DNA of 64,000 nt from an uncultured Thermus sp. (GTDB taxonomy: Bacteria > Deinococcota > Deinococci > Deinococcales > Thermaceae): the NCBI GenBank assembly GCA_947085095.1, contig CAMTVD010000016.1, positions 1 to 64,000 on the forward strand, read 5' to 3'. Positions 47,231 to 57,142 of the stretch are shown here, one piece after another. Below the pieces are notes generated by a model, which saw only the letters and a list, made by a program, of their open reading frames with translations, was not told the origin of the DNA and did no database searches. Made by a program: the position numbers and the translations under genes. Positions within the stretch are counted from its first letter, which is position 1. Each line of letters starts with the position of its first letter.

Positions 47231-47719
47231 ATGCGTCTGGTGGAGATCGGCCGCTTGGGTGCGCCTTACGCCCTGCAAGGGGGGCTCAGGTTCCGGGGAG
47301 AGCCGGTGGTGGCCCACCTGAAGCGGGTCTACGTGGAGGGGCACGGATGGCGGGCGGTGGAGGACCTCTACCAGGTGGGCGAGGACCTGGTGGTGCACCT
47401 GGCCGGGGTTTCCAGCCGCGAGCTGGCCGAGGTCCTGGTGGGCCTTCGGGTCTACGCGGACGTGGCCGACCTTCCCCCCTTGGAGGAGGGGCGGTACTAC
47501 TACTTCGCCCTTATCGGTCTTCCCGTGTATGTGGAGGGGCGGAAGGTGGGCGAGGTGGCGGACATCCTGGACGCCGGGGCCCAGGACGTGCTGGTGATCC
47601 GGGGGGAGGGGGAGAGGCTGCGCGACCGGGCGGAGCGCCTGGTTCCCCTCCAGGCCCCCTACGTGCGGGTGGAGGAGGGGGGCATCCACGTGGAGCCCAT
47701 TCCCGGCCTCTTTGACTAG
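47231..47719 (+). CDS. rimM: ribosome maturation factor
   Basis: IGRLGAPYALQG, YYYFALIG, GAQDVL; position before trmD. Confidence 0.93.
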   Translation: MRLVEIGRLGAPYALQGGLRFRGEPVVAHLKRVYVEGHGWRAVEDLYQVGEDLVVHLAGVSSRELAEVLVGLRVYADVADLPPLEEGRYYYFALIGLPVYVEGRKVGEVADILDAGAQDVLVIRGEGERLRDRAERLVPLQAPYVRVEEGGIHVEPIPGLFD

Positions 47720-48439
47720 ATGCGCTACACCTTTATCACCCTTTTCCCCCAGCTCATCCGGCCCTGGCTGGAGGAGTCCCTCATCGCCAAGGCCCAGGAG
47801 CGGGGGCTTTTGGAGGTGGGGGTGGTGGACCTCCGGGCCTTCGGCCTGGGGCGGCACCGCACCGTGGACGATACCCCCTATGGCGGCGGGGCGGGGATGG
47901 TCATCCGGGCGGACGTGGCTGTGACGGCTATAGAGTCCGCTCTTCCCGCGGACGAGGTCATCCTCCTCTCCCCGGCGGGAAGGCCCTTTACCCAGGAGGT
48001 GGCCGAGGAGCTCGCCGCGAAGTCCCACCTGGTCCTCCTTTGCGGGCGGTACGAGGGGTTTGACTCCCGGGTGGAGGCCTTCGTGACCCGGACCCTCTCC
48101 CTCGGGGACTACGTCCTCATGGGCGGGGAGGTGGCGGCCCTGGCGGTTTTGGAGGCCACGGCCCGCCTGATCCCGGGGGTGATCGGGGACCCCGTGAGCC
48201 ACAGGGAGGACTCCTTCGTGCGGGGCCTTCTGGACTACCCCCACTACACCAGGCCCCCTGAGTTCCGGGGGCTTGGGGTTCCGGAGGTGCTCCTTTCCGG
48301 GAACCACCAGGCGGTGGCCCGCTTTCGCCGCCAGGAGGCCCTGAAGCGCACCCTGGAGCTTAGGCCCGACCTCCTCTTGCGGGCCAGGATCGGGGCCCTC
48401 GAGGCCCGGTGGCTTGCGGAAATGGACCGGGAAGGCTAG
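47720..48439 (+). CDS. trmD: tRNA (guanine37-N1)-methyltransferase
   Basis: [33 protein letters not shown]. Confidence 0.97.
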   Translation: MRYTFITLFPQLIRPWLEESLIAKAQERGLLEVGVVDLRAFGLGRHRTVDDTPYGGGAGMVIRADVAVTAIESALPADEVILLSPAGRPFTQEVAEELAAKSHLVLLCGRYEGFDSRVEAFVTRTLSLGDYVLMGGEVAALAVLEATARLIPGVIGDPVSHREDSFVRGLLDYPHYTRPPEFRGLGVPEVLLSGNHQAVARFRRQEALKRTLELRPDLLLRARIGALEARWLAEMDREG

Positions 48440-48495
48440 ACTGGAGGCTGTTGCCCACGAACCCTTCAGGGTTCCTCTGGGACGGGAGGCTAAGG

Positions 48496-48936
48496 ATGAA
48501 CCGAGGAGCGCTTCTGAAGGTGGTGGAATCCCGCTACGCCCGCACGGACCTGCCCGAGTTCCGCCCGGGGGACACGGTGCGGGTGGCCTACCGGGTGAAG
48601 GAAGGGGGCCGCACCCGCATCCAGAACTTTGAGGGCATCGTCATCAAGATCAAGCGGAACGGCTACAACTCCAGCTTCACCGTGCGCAAGGTGAGTTACG
48701 GGGTGGGGGTGGAGCGCATCTTCCCCTTCAACTCCCCCCTCATTGACAAGGTGGAGATCGTGCAGCGGGGCCGTGCCCGCCGGGCCAAGCTCTACTTCAT
48801 CCGCGAGCTTTCCGAGCGGGAGATTCGCCGCAAGCTCCAGGCCGACCGGAAGCGGATCGGCCAGGACCAGGAAAAGGCCAAGGCCGCCAAAGAGGCCCAG
48901 GCCGGGGCTGCCCCCTCGGGCGAGGTCCAGGAGTAG
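48496..48936 (+). CDS. rplS: 50S ribosomal protein L19
   Basis: [35 protein letters not shown]. Confidence 0.97.
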   Translation: MNRGALLKVVESRYARTDLPEFRPGDTVRVAYRVKEGGRTRIQNFEGIVIKIKRNGYNSSFTVRKVSYGVGVERIFPFNSPLIDKVEIVQRGRARRAKLYFIRELSEREIRRKLQADRKRIGQDQEKAKAAKEAQAGAAPSGEVQE

Positions 48937-48950
48937 GCCGTTTTTTCCAT

Positions 48951-48976
48951 GGGGCGGGGCTTTCCCGCCCCCTTTT
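48951..48976 (+). terminator. intrinsic terminator after rplS
   Basis: GGGGCGGG-gcttt-CCCGCCCC followed by CTTTT. Confidence 0.7.
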
Positions 48977-49554
48977 CACTTGAGGAAGCCCAGGCTCCGG
49001 GCCCTTTCCAGGGCCTCCACCCGGTTTTTGGCCTCCAGCTTGGCGTAGAGGTTTTCCAGGTGGTCCTTGACGGTGTCGGGGGAAACGCCTATGGCGCGGG
49101 CCATCTCCTTTGCGGAAAGCCCTCGGGCCAGGAGCTTCAGCACCGCTTCCTCCCTGGGGGTGAGGCTGGGGAGGTCGGGGGGGAGGAGGCGCTCCTCGCC
49201 CGCGAGCACCCGGACGAGCCGCCTCTTGAGCTCAGGGGCGGATACCTCCTTGGAGAAGTAAGCGTCCGCCCCCGCCAAGGCCGCCTCCCGGAGGAGGGCG
49301 GGCTCCTGGTAGGTGGTGAGGAAGGCGATGAGCCCCTTGTAGCCTGCTTCCCTGAGCTTCCTGGTACAGGTCAGGCCGTCCATGCGGGGTAGGCGCAGGT
49401 CCAGCAGGACCGCTTCCGGGGTGAGGGCCAGGGTCTTGGCCAAGGCCTCCTCCCCATCCCCCGCCTCCGCCACCACCGTGAGGCCCAGGGCCTCGAGGCC
49501 CGCCCTCAACCCCAGGCGGAAAAGGGGGTGGTCATCGGCGATGAGGACCCGCAT
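48976..49554 (-). CDS. NarL/LuxR-family response regulator
   Basis: IADDH, LLD, conserved T and K; C-terminal LTPRE...TVKDH HTH. Confidence 0.92.
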   Translation of the reverse strand: MRVLIADDHPLFRLGLRAGLEALGLTVVAEAGDGEEALAKTLALTPEAVLLDLRLPRMDGLTCTRKLREAGYKGLIAFLTTYQEPALLREAALAGADAYFSKEVSAPELKRRLVRVLAGEERLLPPDLPSLTPREEAVLKLLARGLSAKEMARAIGVSPDTVKDHLENLYAKLEAKNRVEALERARSLGFLK

Positions 49555-49611
49555 CGCCTTTTAGGTTACCCTCTTCCTGTGAAAAACCCGCAAGAGACCT
49601 ATACTCAAGGC

Positions 49612-50472
49612 ATGCCCTTGACCTTGAACACCCTGGCTCAGCTCTCCGGCCTGGCCTCGGAGCACGTGCTGCGCGAGGAGGTGGAGGAGACGGGCGTGGC
49701 CCAGGAGACCATCCTGGAGAGGATGGCTGAGCGCCTGGCGGTCATGCGGGACTCCATCCAAAGGGGCCTGGCCTCCGAGGCCCCCAGTGTGGCGGGCATG
49801 GTGGGAAAGAACGCCAAGACCCTGTGGGAAGCCCCCGATCCCCTAAAGGACCCTCTCCTCAAGCGGGTCCAGGCCTACGCCATGGCGGTGAACGAGGAGA
49901 ACGCCCGCATGGGGCGCATCGTGGCCGCCCCCACCGCAGGGAGCGCGGGCACCCTGCCGGGGGCCCTCCTGGGCGTGGCCGACCACTTAGGGATTTCCGA
50001 CGAGCGCCTCCTCATGCCCATGGTCCTGGCGGCGGGGGTGGCCAAGATGATCAGCCGGGTGATCCACATTGCCGGGGCCAGCGGGGGGTGCCAGGCGGAG
50101 ATCGGCTCTAGCGCCGCCATGGCCGCCGCCGCGGTCACCGAACTTTTAGGGGGTAGCCCCGAGGCCTCGGCCCACGCCGCCGCCTTGGCCCTGCAGAACA
50201 CCCTGGGCCTGGTCTGCGACCCCGTGGGAGGGTTTGTGGAGGTGCCTTGCGTGATGCGCAACGGCTTCTACGCCGTCCACGCGGTGAGCGCCGCCTCCAT
50301 GGCCCTGGCCGGAATCCGGAGCGTCATCCCCCCCGACGAGGTGGTCCTGGCCATGGCGGGCATCGGTCGCCTTTTGCCCCTGGAACTCAAGGAAACGGGT
50401 CTCGGGGGCCTGGCCGACACCCCCACGGGGCGGCGGTTGGCGGAGGAGGCCTTGAAGAGGGCTGGGCCCTAG
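49612..50472 (+). CDS. sdaA: L-serine dehydratase alpha subunit
   Basis: [36 protein letters not shown]. Confidence 0.92.
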   Translation: MPLTLNTLAQLSGLASEHVLREEVEETGVAQETILERMAERLAVMRDSIQRGLASEAPSVAGMVGKNAKTLWEAPDPLKDPLLKRVQAYAMAVNEENARMGRIVAAPTAGSAGTLPGALLGVADHLGISDERLLMPMVLAAGVAKMISRVIHIAGASGGCQAEIGSSAAMAAAAVTELLGGSPEASAHAAALALQNTLGLVCDPVGGFVEVPCVMRNGFYAVHAVSAASMALAGIRSVIPPDEVVLAMAGIGRLLPLELKETGLGGLADTPTGRRLAEEALKRAGP

Positions 50473-51329
50473 CCCTCCTCCCCCTTGGCGATGGGCACCC
50501 CCACCAGGTTGCCCCACTCCGTCCAGGAGCCGTCGTAGTTCTTCACCCGGGGGTAGCCCAGGAGGTACTTGAGCACGAACCAGGAGTGGCTGGAGCGCTC
50601 GGCGATGCGGCAGTAGACCACGATGTCCTTCTCCGGGGTCACCCCTAGGGACTCGTAAAGGACCCTAAGCTCCTCGGGGCTCTTGAAGGTGCCGTCCGGG
50701 TTCACTGCCCTGGCCCAGGGGATGTTCCGGGCCCCGGGGATATGACCCCCCCGAAGGGCTCCTTCCTGGGGGTAGCCCGGCATGTGGGTGAGCTCGCCCC
50801 GGTACTCCTCGGGGCTCCGCACGTCCACCAGGGCCCCCTTCCCCTCCTTGACCTTGAGGATGTGCTTCAGGACCTCGTCCCGGTAGGCGCGGATGGACTC
50901 GTCCCGGTAGGGGACCTGGTAGCGGCCAGGGGGGTAGGTGGGCACCTCGGTGGTCAGGGGACGGCCCTCCTCCACCCACTTCTGCCGCCCCCCGTTCATG
51001 AGGCGCACATCCCCGTGGCCGTTGTACTTGAGGAACCAGAAGGCGTAGGCGGCCCACCAGTTGTTCTTATCCCCGTAGAGGACCACCGTGGTGTCGTTGG
51101 AGACGCCGAGCCTTTCCATGAGCCGGGCGAAGCCCTCCTCGTCCACGAAGTCCCGCACCACCGGGTCCCAGAAGTCCCGCTGCCAGTCAATCTTCTGGGC
51201 CCCGGGAATGTGGCCCGTCTCGTAGAGGAGGATGTCCTCGTCCACCTCCAGGATCCGCACCTTGGGGTCCTCCAGGTGCTCCGCTACCCAGGCCGTGCTC
51301 ACCAGTACCTCTGGATGGGCGTAGCTCAT
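50469..51329 (-). CDS. tandem-domain rhodanese sulfurtransferase
   Basis: GHIPGA in both domains, YCRIAERS active site, YDGSWTEW. Confidence 0.92.
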   Translation of the reverse strand: MSYAHPEVLVSTAWVAEHLEDPKVRILEVDEDILLYETGHIPGAQKIDWQRDFWDPVVRDFVDEEGFARLMERLGVSNDTTVVLYGDKNNWWAAYAFWFLKYNGHGDVRLMNGGRQKWVEEGRPLTTEVPTYPPGRYQVPYRDESIRAYRDEVLKHILKVKEGKGALVDVRSPEEYRGELTHMPGYPQEGALRGGHIPGARNIPWARAVNPDGTFKSPEELRVLYESLGVTPEKDIVVYCRIAERSSHSWFVLKYLLGYPRVKNYDGSWTEWGNLVGVPIAKGEEG

Positions 51330-51439
51330 GGTCCACACCTCCGGGCCCCAATATACCCCTGAGTGTAAAGATGGCAAGGAAGCGCCGTCACATTTGGCAA
51401 GAGGTCCTTGTGTGGGAGGGGGGTTTCTGGTATAAAGGC

Positions 51440-51541
51440 TTCTGGGGAGTAGCCGCCCCGGAAGGGGGCCAGCCGGTCGTCACTACGGGAGTTTCCCCGG
51501 TCGGCTGGGGCGCCGAAGGGCGCATGGCGAGACCACCTGAA
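51440..51541 (+). ncRNA. yybP-ykoY (Mn2+) riboswitch
   Basis: GGGGAGTAGC ... CGTCACTAC ... GGCGAGACC conserved elements, with a CCAGCCGG/TCGGCTGG stem. Confidence 0.82.
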
Positions 51542-51587
51542 CGGGTGGCCTCGGATTTGGCTTACTCCCGTAAGGAGGGAAGGGACG

Positions 51588-52271
51588 ATGGACTTGACTC
51601 TTTTGCTCATGATCGCGGTCTTCGTGGCTAGCCTCTTCATCCAGTGGGGGCTGCAGGCCACCTTCGCTCGCCACAGCCGGGTGGCCAACAGCCGGGGCCT
51701 TACCGGGGCTGAGGTGGCCCGGCTCATCCTGGATGCCCACGGGCTCCATGGAGTCCGGGTAGAGCCTGTGCCCGGGGCCCTTACCGACCACTACGACCCC
51801 CAGGCCAAGGCGGTGCGCCTCTCCGAGCCCAACTACGCCTCCCAGAGCCTCGCCGCCCTGGCAGTGGCCGCCCACGAGGTGGGGCATGCCGTCCAGGATG
51901 CCCAGGGCTACGCCTGGCTTCGGGTGCGGGCTAACCTCTGGCCCGTGGCCAGCATAGGGAGCACCTGGGGGCCCATCCTGGTTCTCGCGGGCCTGTTCTT
52001 GGGGGCCCTGGGCCTGGCCAAGCTGGGCCTTTATCTGTACCTGGCGGTGGCCTTCTTCCAGCTCATCACCCTGCCCGTGGAGTTTGACGCCTCCAGGAGG
52101 GCCTTGGAGTACTTGAGGCGCATGGGCTTCCTCAGCGAGAGGGAGGTGGGCCCTGCCCGCCAGGTCCTAAAGTGGGCGGCCCTCACCTACGTGGCGGCCT
52201 TGGCCTCGTCCTTGGCCACCATCCTCTACTACGCCAGCCTCCTGGGGCTTTTCGGCAGGCGGGAGGAGTAG
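51588..52271 (+). CDS. YugP-like membrane zinc metallopeptidase
   Basis: LTDHYDP, AAHEVGHA (HExxH), TLPVEFDAS, AALTYVA. Confidence 0.9.
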   Translation: MDLTLLLMIAVFVASLFIQWGLQATFARHSRVANSRGLTGAEVARLILDAHGLHGVRVEPVPGALTDHYDPQAKAVRLSEPNYASQSLAALAVAAHEVGHAVQDAQGYAWLRVRANLWPVASIGSTWGPILVLAGLFLGALGLAKLGLYLYLAVAFFQLITLPVEFDASRRALEYLRRMGFLSEREVGPARQVLKWAALTYVAALASSLATILYYASLLGLFGRREE

Positions 52272-52520
52272 ATGCCCCTTCTCCTTTGTCCCAGCTGCGG
52301 GGCGGGCATGCGGGAGGTGGAGCGCCGGGGGGTGCTCTTGGACGTCTGCCCCCAGTGCGGTGGGGTGTGGCTGGACAAGGGGGAGCTGGAGAAGCTCCTC
52401 AGCCAGGCCCGGGAGGTGGAGCGCCATTACGAGGAGGAGCGCGAGGCCTACTACCGCAAGGAGGGGAAGCCTTACAAGAAAAAGAAGGGCTTCATGGACC
52501 TCTTTGACATCTTTGACTAG
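52272..52520 (+). CDS. zf-TFIIB-type zinc ribbon protein
   Basis: CPSC...CPQCGGVWLDKGEL; C-terminal KKKGFMDLFDIFD. Confidence 0.85.
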   Translation: MPLLLCPSCGAGMREVERRGVLLDVCPQCGGVWLDKGELEKLLSQAREVERHYEEEREAYYRKEGKPYKKKKGFMDLFDIFD

Positions 52521-52535
52521 GCCCAAGAAGGCGAA

Positions 52536-52570
52536 ACCGCCCCCAGGAAGACCCTGGGGGCGGTCCTTTT
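52536..52570. terminator. terminator between convergent genes
   Basis: ACCGCCCCCAGG-aagac-CCTGGGGGCGGT then CCTTTT. Confidence 0.75.
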
Positions 52571-52574
52571 GCCT

Positions 52575-53231
52575 CTACTCCGCCTTCTTGAGGCGCAGGT
52601 ACCAGCGGCGGTACTCGGCGTACTCGCCCTTTTTGGCCTCGTCCGCCTTGAGCTCAGGTAGGGTGGCGGGGGGCTTCACGATGGCGGGCTCCCCGGGTTG
52701 CCAGTCGGCGGGGGTGTTGAGGCCGGTGCGGTCGGTGAACTGCAGGGCCCGGATGAAGCGGAGGATCTCGTCAATGTTGCGGCCGGTGGTCAAGGGGTAG
52801 TAGAGCATGCCCCGGAGGATGCCGTTGGGGTCAATGATGAAGACGGCGCGGACGGCGGCGGTCTCGCTGGCGGCGGGGTGGATCATGCCGTAGAGCTTGG
52901 AGACCTTCATGTCCAGGTCGGCGATGACGGGGAAGTCAATGGCGATCCCCGACATCTCCTCCAGGTCCTTCACCCAGGCCAGGTGGGCGTGGATGGAGTC
53001 AATGGAGAGGCCGATGAGCTGGACCCCAAGCTCGTCAAACGCCTCCTTCCTCCGAGCGAAGGCTAGGAACTCGGTGGAGCAGACCGGGGTGAAGTCGGCG
53101 GGGTGGCTGAAAAGCACCACCCACTTGCCCTTGAAGTCGGAAAGCCGGATCTCCCCTAGGGTGGTCTTGGCGGTGAAGTCGGGGGCGGGTTCGTTAAGGC
53201 GGGGCAGGGTAGGGATTTCTTTTTCTTCCAT
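52575..53231 (-). CDS. 1-Cys peroxiredoxin (Prx6 type)
   Basis: FSHPADFTPVCSTE, GRNIDEILR, TPADW. Confidence 0.93.
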   Translation of the reverse strand: MEEKEIPTLPRLNEPAPDFTAKTTLGEIRLSDFKGKWVVLFSHPADFTPVCSTEFLAFARRKEAFDELGVQLIGLSIDSIHAHLAWVKDLEEMSGIAIDFPVIADLDMKVSKLYGMIHPAASETAAVRAVFIIDPNGILRGMLYYPLTTGRNIDEILRFIRALQFTDRTGLNTPADWQPGEPAIVKPPATLPELKADEAKKGEYAEYRRWYLRLKKAE

Positions 53232-53304
53232 AAGCACCTCCTGCTGGCCTGAGCCAGCGCGATTGCTATACCCCACGAGGGTTTGGTATCGCAAGCGATT
53301 CGCG

Positions 53305-53631
53305 TTAGCGGTTGTCCCCGGAGCCAGAGATCGCACCTCGCTCCAGGCGGGAGCGGAGTTTCCTCAGGTTGGCCTGGGCCACGGCCTCGAGGCCCACCCC
53401 CAGGTCGGTGGCCACCTGGGCCACGTACCAAAGCACATCCCCCAGCTCGGCCACCAGGGCCTCCTTGGCCTCCTCCGTCAGCTGCCCCCCCTGGTCGCGG
53501 AGCACCTTCTTGACCTTGTTGGCCAGCTCCCCCGCCTCCCCCACCAGGCCCAGGGTGGGGTAGAGGAGGCGGTAGGCCTCTGGGTAGCGGGCGGTCTTCT
53601 GCGCTTCTTTCTGGTAGGCTTCCAGCGTCAT
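53305..53631 (-). CDS. MazG-like NTP pyrophosphohydrolase
   Basis: GLVGEAGE, ELGDVLWY, NLRKL..R. Confidence 0.88.
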   Translation of the reverse strand: MTLEAYQKEAQKTARYPEAYRLLYPTLGLVGEAGELANKVKKVLRDQGGQLTEEAKEALVAELGDVLWYVAQVATDLGVGLEAVAQANLRKLRSRLERGAISGSGDNR

Positions 53632-56600
53632 CCCGTGACCTCCTGGCGGATGCTGTACACCCGGCTTACCCCGCCCTCGCTGGTGACCCCGTAGAGGGCG
53701 TGGCAGGCCTCCATGGTGCGCTTCTGGTGGGTTACCAAAAGGAACTGCCTCCCCGAGCCCAGGAAGCGGACGAAGCGGAGGAGGTTGGCCTCGTCTAGGG
53801 CGGCGTCCACCTCGTCCAGGACCGCCAGGGGCAGCCCCCCCTGGAGCTCTCCTAAGGCGAAGAGGAAGGCCAGGGCCCCCAGGGTCTTCTCCCCCAGGGA
53901 GAGGAGGCGGAGGTCCTGGGTGCGCTTGCCCTGGGGGATGAGGAGGAGCCTGAGCCCTTTGGCCTCCCGCCTGGCCTCGGCCCTGGCCCCGAGGAGGAGC
54001 TGGGCGTGGGCGCGGAAGGCCTCCTGAAACGCGCCGAAGCCCTCCTTGAGCCTCTCCCCGTACTCCCGTTCCACGGCCTTGAGCTCGGCCTCGAGGCGCA
54101 GGAGGGCTTCCGTGGCCTCGGCCACTTCCCGCTCCTTAGCCTCTAGGAGGGGCTCCAGGGTGGCGAGTTCCCGTTCCGCCAGGGCGTTCACCGGGCCCAG
54201 GGCCTCCCGTTCCCGCTCCACCTGGGCCAGGCGGGCCTGGAGGGCCCGGGGGGTGCCCGGGTGGCGCTCCGTGGGGGGAAGCTGGGACAATTCCTGGGAA
54301 AGCTCCTCCAAAAGGGCTTCCTTGCGGGCCAGGCTGAGGCGGCTGGCTTCGCGTTCGGCCAAAAGGGCGTTCCAGCGGGCCAGGGTCTGGGCCAGGGCCT
54401 CGTCCTTTTCCCTCTTGTCCCGGGCCAGGGCCTCGAGGCGGGCCGTGAGCGCCTGGGCCTCCTCCTCCAGGGGGGCGAAGGCCTCCAGGCGATTCTTGAG
54501 TTCGCTAAGCCTGGCCCGAAGCCTCCTGGCCTCTTCCTGGGCCCTTTCCCAGGCCTCGAGGGCCTCCTTCAGGAGGCGAAAGCGCTCCCAGGCCTCCGCC
54601 TGGGCCAGGGTCTTTTCCAGCGCCTCCCTTTCCTCTTCCAGGGCCTTTAGGGGGGCCTCGTCCCAGGTCTCCTTGGGGGGTGCGGGGGCTTCTGGGGGCT
54701 GGGGCAGGGGGGCATGGAGGCGGGCCTTGAGGGCCGCCACCTGGGCCCTCAGGGCCTCGAGGGCCTCCCGCTGGGGCAGGGCCTTAACTTCCCGGGCTAG
54801 GGCCTCCCTTTCCCCCTCCAGGCGGGCGAGCTCCCCTTCCACCTCCTCCAGGCGGCGGCGGAGGAGGAGGGCCTCCCCTCCCTTGCGCACCCTGCCCCCG
54901 GTGAGGGCTCCCGAGCGCTCCAGGACCTCCCCCTCCAGGGTTACCAGCCGCTCCCTGCCTCCCGCCTTGCGGTAGGCCAGGGCGGCCTCCAGGTCCTGGA
55001 AGACCAGGGTGTCCCCCAGGAGGACCCGGAGGACGGCCTCCTGGGGAAGGCCCTCGAGGCGGAGCCGGGCCAGCCTATAGGCGGGGCCCAGGAGGCCCGG
55101 GAAGGGTCTTGGCGCGGGGGGCGGGGGAGGGTTGAGGAGGGTGAGGGGCAAAAAGGTGGCCCTCCCCCCTTCCCCCTTCAGCTTGGCGATGGCCCTCCTG
55201 GCGGCCTCCTCGTCCTGGGTCAAGACCCACTGGAGCCTGGGCCCCAGGGCCACCTCCAGGGCCAGCTCCAGCCCCGGCTCCGGGCGCACCAGGTCGGCCA
55301 CCACCCCCAGGACCCCGGGCAGGCCCCGGACCCTCCGCGGGCCCTCCTGCAGGTCCGCCCCCGAGGCGAGGAGCCCATGGAGCCGCTCCCGCTCCTGGCG
55401 TAGCCCTTGGGCCTGGGCCTGGACCTCCCTGAGCTTCGTCTCCAGGGCTTGCCTGGTCCTCGCGCCCTCCTCCAGGGGGGCGAGGGCCCGGGTCTTCTGC
55501 AAAAGCTCCCCTTCCAGCCTTTCCCTTTCCCAAAGCGCCTCCTGGTAGGCCTTTAGGCGCTCCTGGTGGCGGGCCAGGGCCAGCTCGTACCGGTGCCAGG
55601 CCTCCTCCAGGCGGCGCTTTTCCGCCAGGAGCCAGGCCTCTTTCTCCTTCAAGGCCTTGAGGCGGAGGCGGGCCTCCTCCCGGCTCAGGGAGGGAGCGGG
55701 GGGCGGGGGGCCGGGCTCCTCGGGCCTCTGGCGGTCCAAGGCCCTCAGGACCCGGGAGAGCTCCCGCACCTCCCCTTCCAGGGCTTCCTTCTCCTTGAGG
55801 CCCAGGCGCACCGCCTGGAGGCGTTCCTTGAGGGCCTCGGCCTCTTCGCTGAGGGCCCCCCGGGCTCTCTCCAGGGACTGGCGCTGGGAGAGGAGGTTTT
55901 CTTCCTCGTCCCTAAGGGCTTTCAGGCGGAGCCCCAAGGCCTCCGCTTCCCTTTCCGCCTCCTCCTTGCGGGCCAGGAGGAGGCTTCGCCTCAGGGCCAG
56001 GGCCAGGGCGGCGAGCTCCTGGGCCTTCCTCGCCGCCAGGGCCTCTTCCTTCAGGACTTTCACCCGCTCCCTTAGGCCGGAAAGCTCCTTCTCCCGGGCC
56101 GCCAAAAGCTCCAGGGCCTCCTCCAGCCTGGCCTCGGTGGCCCGGGCCGCCTCCGCCACGGGCTTGAGTCCAGCGGCCTCCTCCAGGTGGGAGAGGAGCA
56201 CCTCCTCCGGGGCCTCGAGCAGGGCCCCTATCTCTCCCTGGCCCACGATGGCGTACCCGCCCCGGCCCAGGCCCGTGCCCGCGAGGTGGAGGCTAAGGAC
56301 CTTCTGGCTTGTGGGGCGGCCGTTCACCCGGAAGAGGCTCTTCTCCCCTTCTATGCGCCTTTCCACCAGAAGGCGCTCCCGCCCCCGGGAAAGCTCCAGG
56401 CGCACCTCGGCGAAGGCGGAGGGGGGCCTGCCCTCCCCCCCGTGAAAGAGGAAGGCCCGGAGTTCCTGGCCCCTGAGCTCATGGGCCCGGGCCCCGGTGA
56501 CGAAGCGCAGAGCCTCCACCAGGTTGCTCTTGCCCGAGCCGTTGGGCCCGATGATGCCGGTGATGGGGTCGGGGAAGTCCAGGACCGTCCGTTCGGCGAA

Positions 56601-56651
56601 GGACTTGAACCCCTGGAGGACGAGGCGGTCTAGGCGCCAGGCTTCCCTCAT
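53628..56651 (-). CDS. smc: chromosome segregation ATPase SMC
   Basis: GFKSF, GPNGSGKSN, hinge GRATFLPL, LSLGEK, LDEVDAALD. Confidence 0.93.
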   Translation of the reverse strand: MREAWRLDRLVLQGFKSFAERTVLDFPDPITGIIGPNGSGKSNLVEALRFVTGARAHELRGQELRAFLFHGGEGRPPSAFAEVRLELSRGRERLLVERRIEGEKSLFRVNGRPTSQKVLSLHLAGTGLGRGGYAIVGQGEIGALLEAPEEVLLSHLEEAAGLKPVAEAARATEARLEEALELLAAREKELSGLRERVKVLKEEALAARKAQELAALALALRRSLLLARKEEAEREAEALGLRLKALRDEEENLLSQRQSLERARGALSEEAEALKERLQAVRLGLKEKEALEGEVRELSRVLRALDRQRPEEPGPPPPAPSLSREEARLRLKALKEKEAWLLAEKRRLEEAWHRYELALARHQERLKAYQEALWERERLEGELLQKTRALAPLEEGARTRQALETKLREVQAQAQGLRQERERLHGLLASGADLQEGPRRVRGLPGVLGVVADLVRPEPGLELALEVALGPRLQWVLTQDEEAARRAIAKLKGEGGRATFLPLTLLNPPPPPAPRPFPGLLGPAYRLARLRLEGLPQEAVLRVLLGDTLVFQDLEAALAYRKAGGRERLVTLEGEVLERSGALTGGRVRKGGEALLLRRRLEEVEGELARLEGEREALAREVKALPQREALEALRAQVAALKARLHAPLPQPPEAPAPPKETWDEAPLKALEEEREALEKTLAQAEAWERFRLLKEALEAWERAQEEARRLRARLSELKNRLEAFAPLEEEAQALTARLEALARDKREKDEALAQTLARWNALLAEREASRLSLARKEALLEELSQELSQLPPTERHPGTPRALQARLAQVEREREALGPVNALAERELATLEPLLEAKEREVAEATEALLRLEAELKAVEREYGERLKEGFGAFQEAFRAHAQLLLGARAEARREAKGLRLLLIPQGKRTQDLRLLSLGEKTLGALAFLFALGELQGGLPLAVLDEVDAALDEANLLRFVRFLGSGRQFLLVTHQKRTMEACHALYGVTSEGGVSRVYSIRQEVTG

Positions 56652-57142
56652 GGCAGGCGGATGGGCTTGGTGAGGTCCAGGTGGGCCAGGCCCGGGCCGG
56701 GCTTCCCCTCCACCAGGAAGCGGACCTCCTCCGCCTGGGGGAAGGTGGAAAGCAGGGTGTAGGCCAGGCTGTAGAGGCGGAAGACCTCGAGGCCCGCGTC
56801 CAGTCCCAGGGCGAAGTCCTGGGGGAGGTCCACGATGAGACGCTTCCCCTCGAGGAAAAGGGCCAGGGGCTTGGGGGCGCTCACCGCTTGCGACCAGGCC
56901 AGGAGAGCCTTGGCCCCCGGGGTCTCCCCCGGGCCCAGGTCCAGGGTTTGGGTTTCCTTTAGGAAGCCCTGGGGTGGGTTGGGGCGGTAGAGGACCAAAA
57001 CCAGGGCGTTCTTGGCGGCCTCCTCGGCGGGGAGGGGGAGGGCGGTGGGGGGGCGTCCCCCCCCGGTCTGCCAGTAGAAGAGGCTTCCCAAAAGGAAGAC
57101 GATGAGCCCCACGATGTTCCAAAGGGTGAGGAGCTTCCTCAT
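56648..57142 (-). CDS. GerMN-domain protein
   Basis: N-terminal TM; LAYTL...EVRFLVEG...HLDL; follows an amidase gene. Confidence 0.75.
   Translation of the reverse strand: MRKLLTLWNIVGLIVFLLGSLFYWQTGGGRPPTALPLPAEEAAKNALVLVLYRPNPPQGFLKETQTLDLGPGETPGAKALLAWSQAVSAPKPLALFLEGKRLIVDLPQDFALGLDAGLEVFRLYSLAYTLLSTFPQAEEVRFLVEGKPGPGLAHLDLTKPIRLP

Noticed and set aside
53255..53310. ATCGC-aa-GCGAT palindrome upstream of the peroxiredoxin as a redox-regulator site
   Set aside because: Short, and does not fit a motif I can name with confidence.
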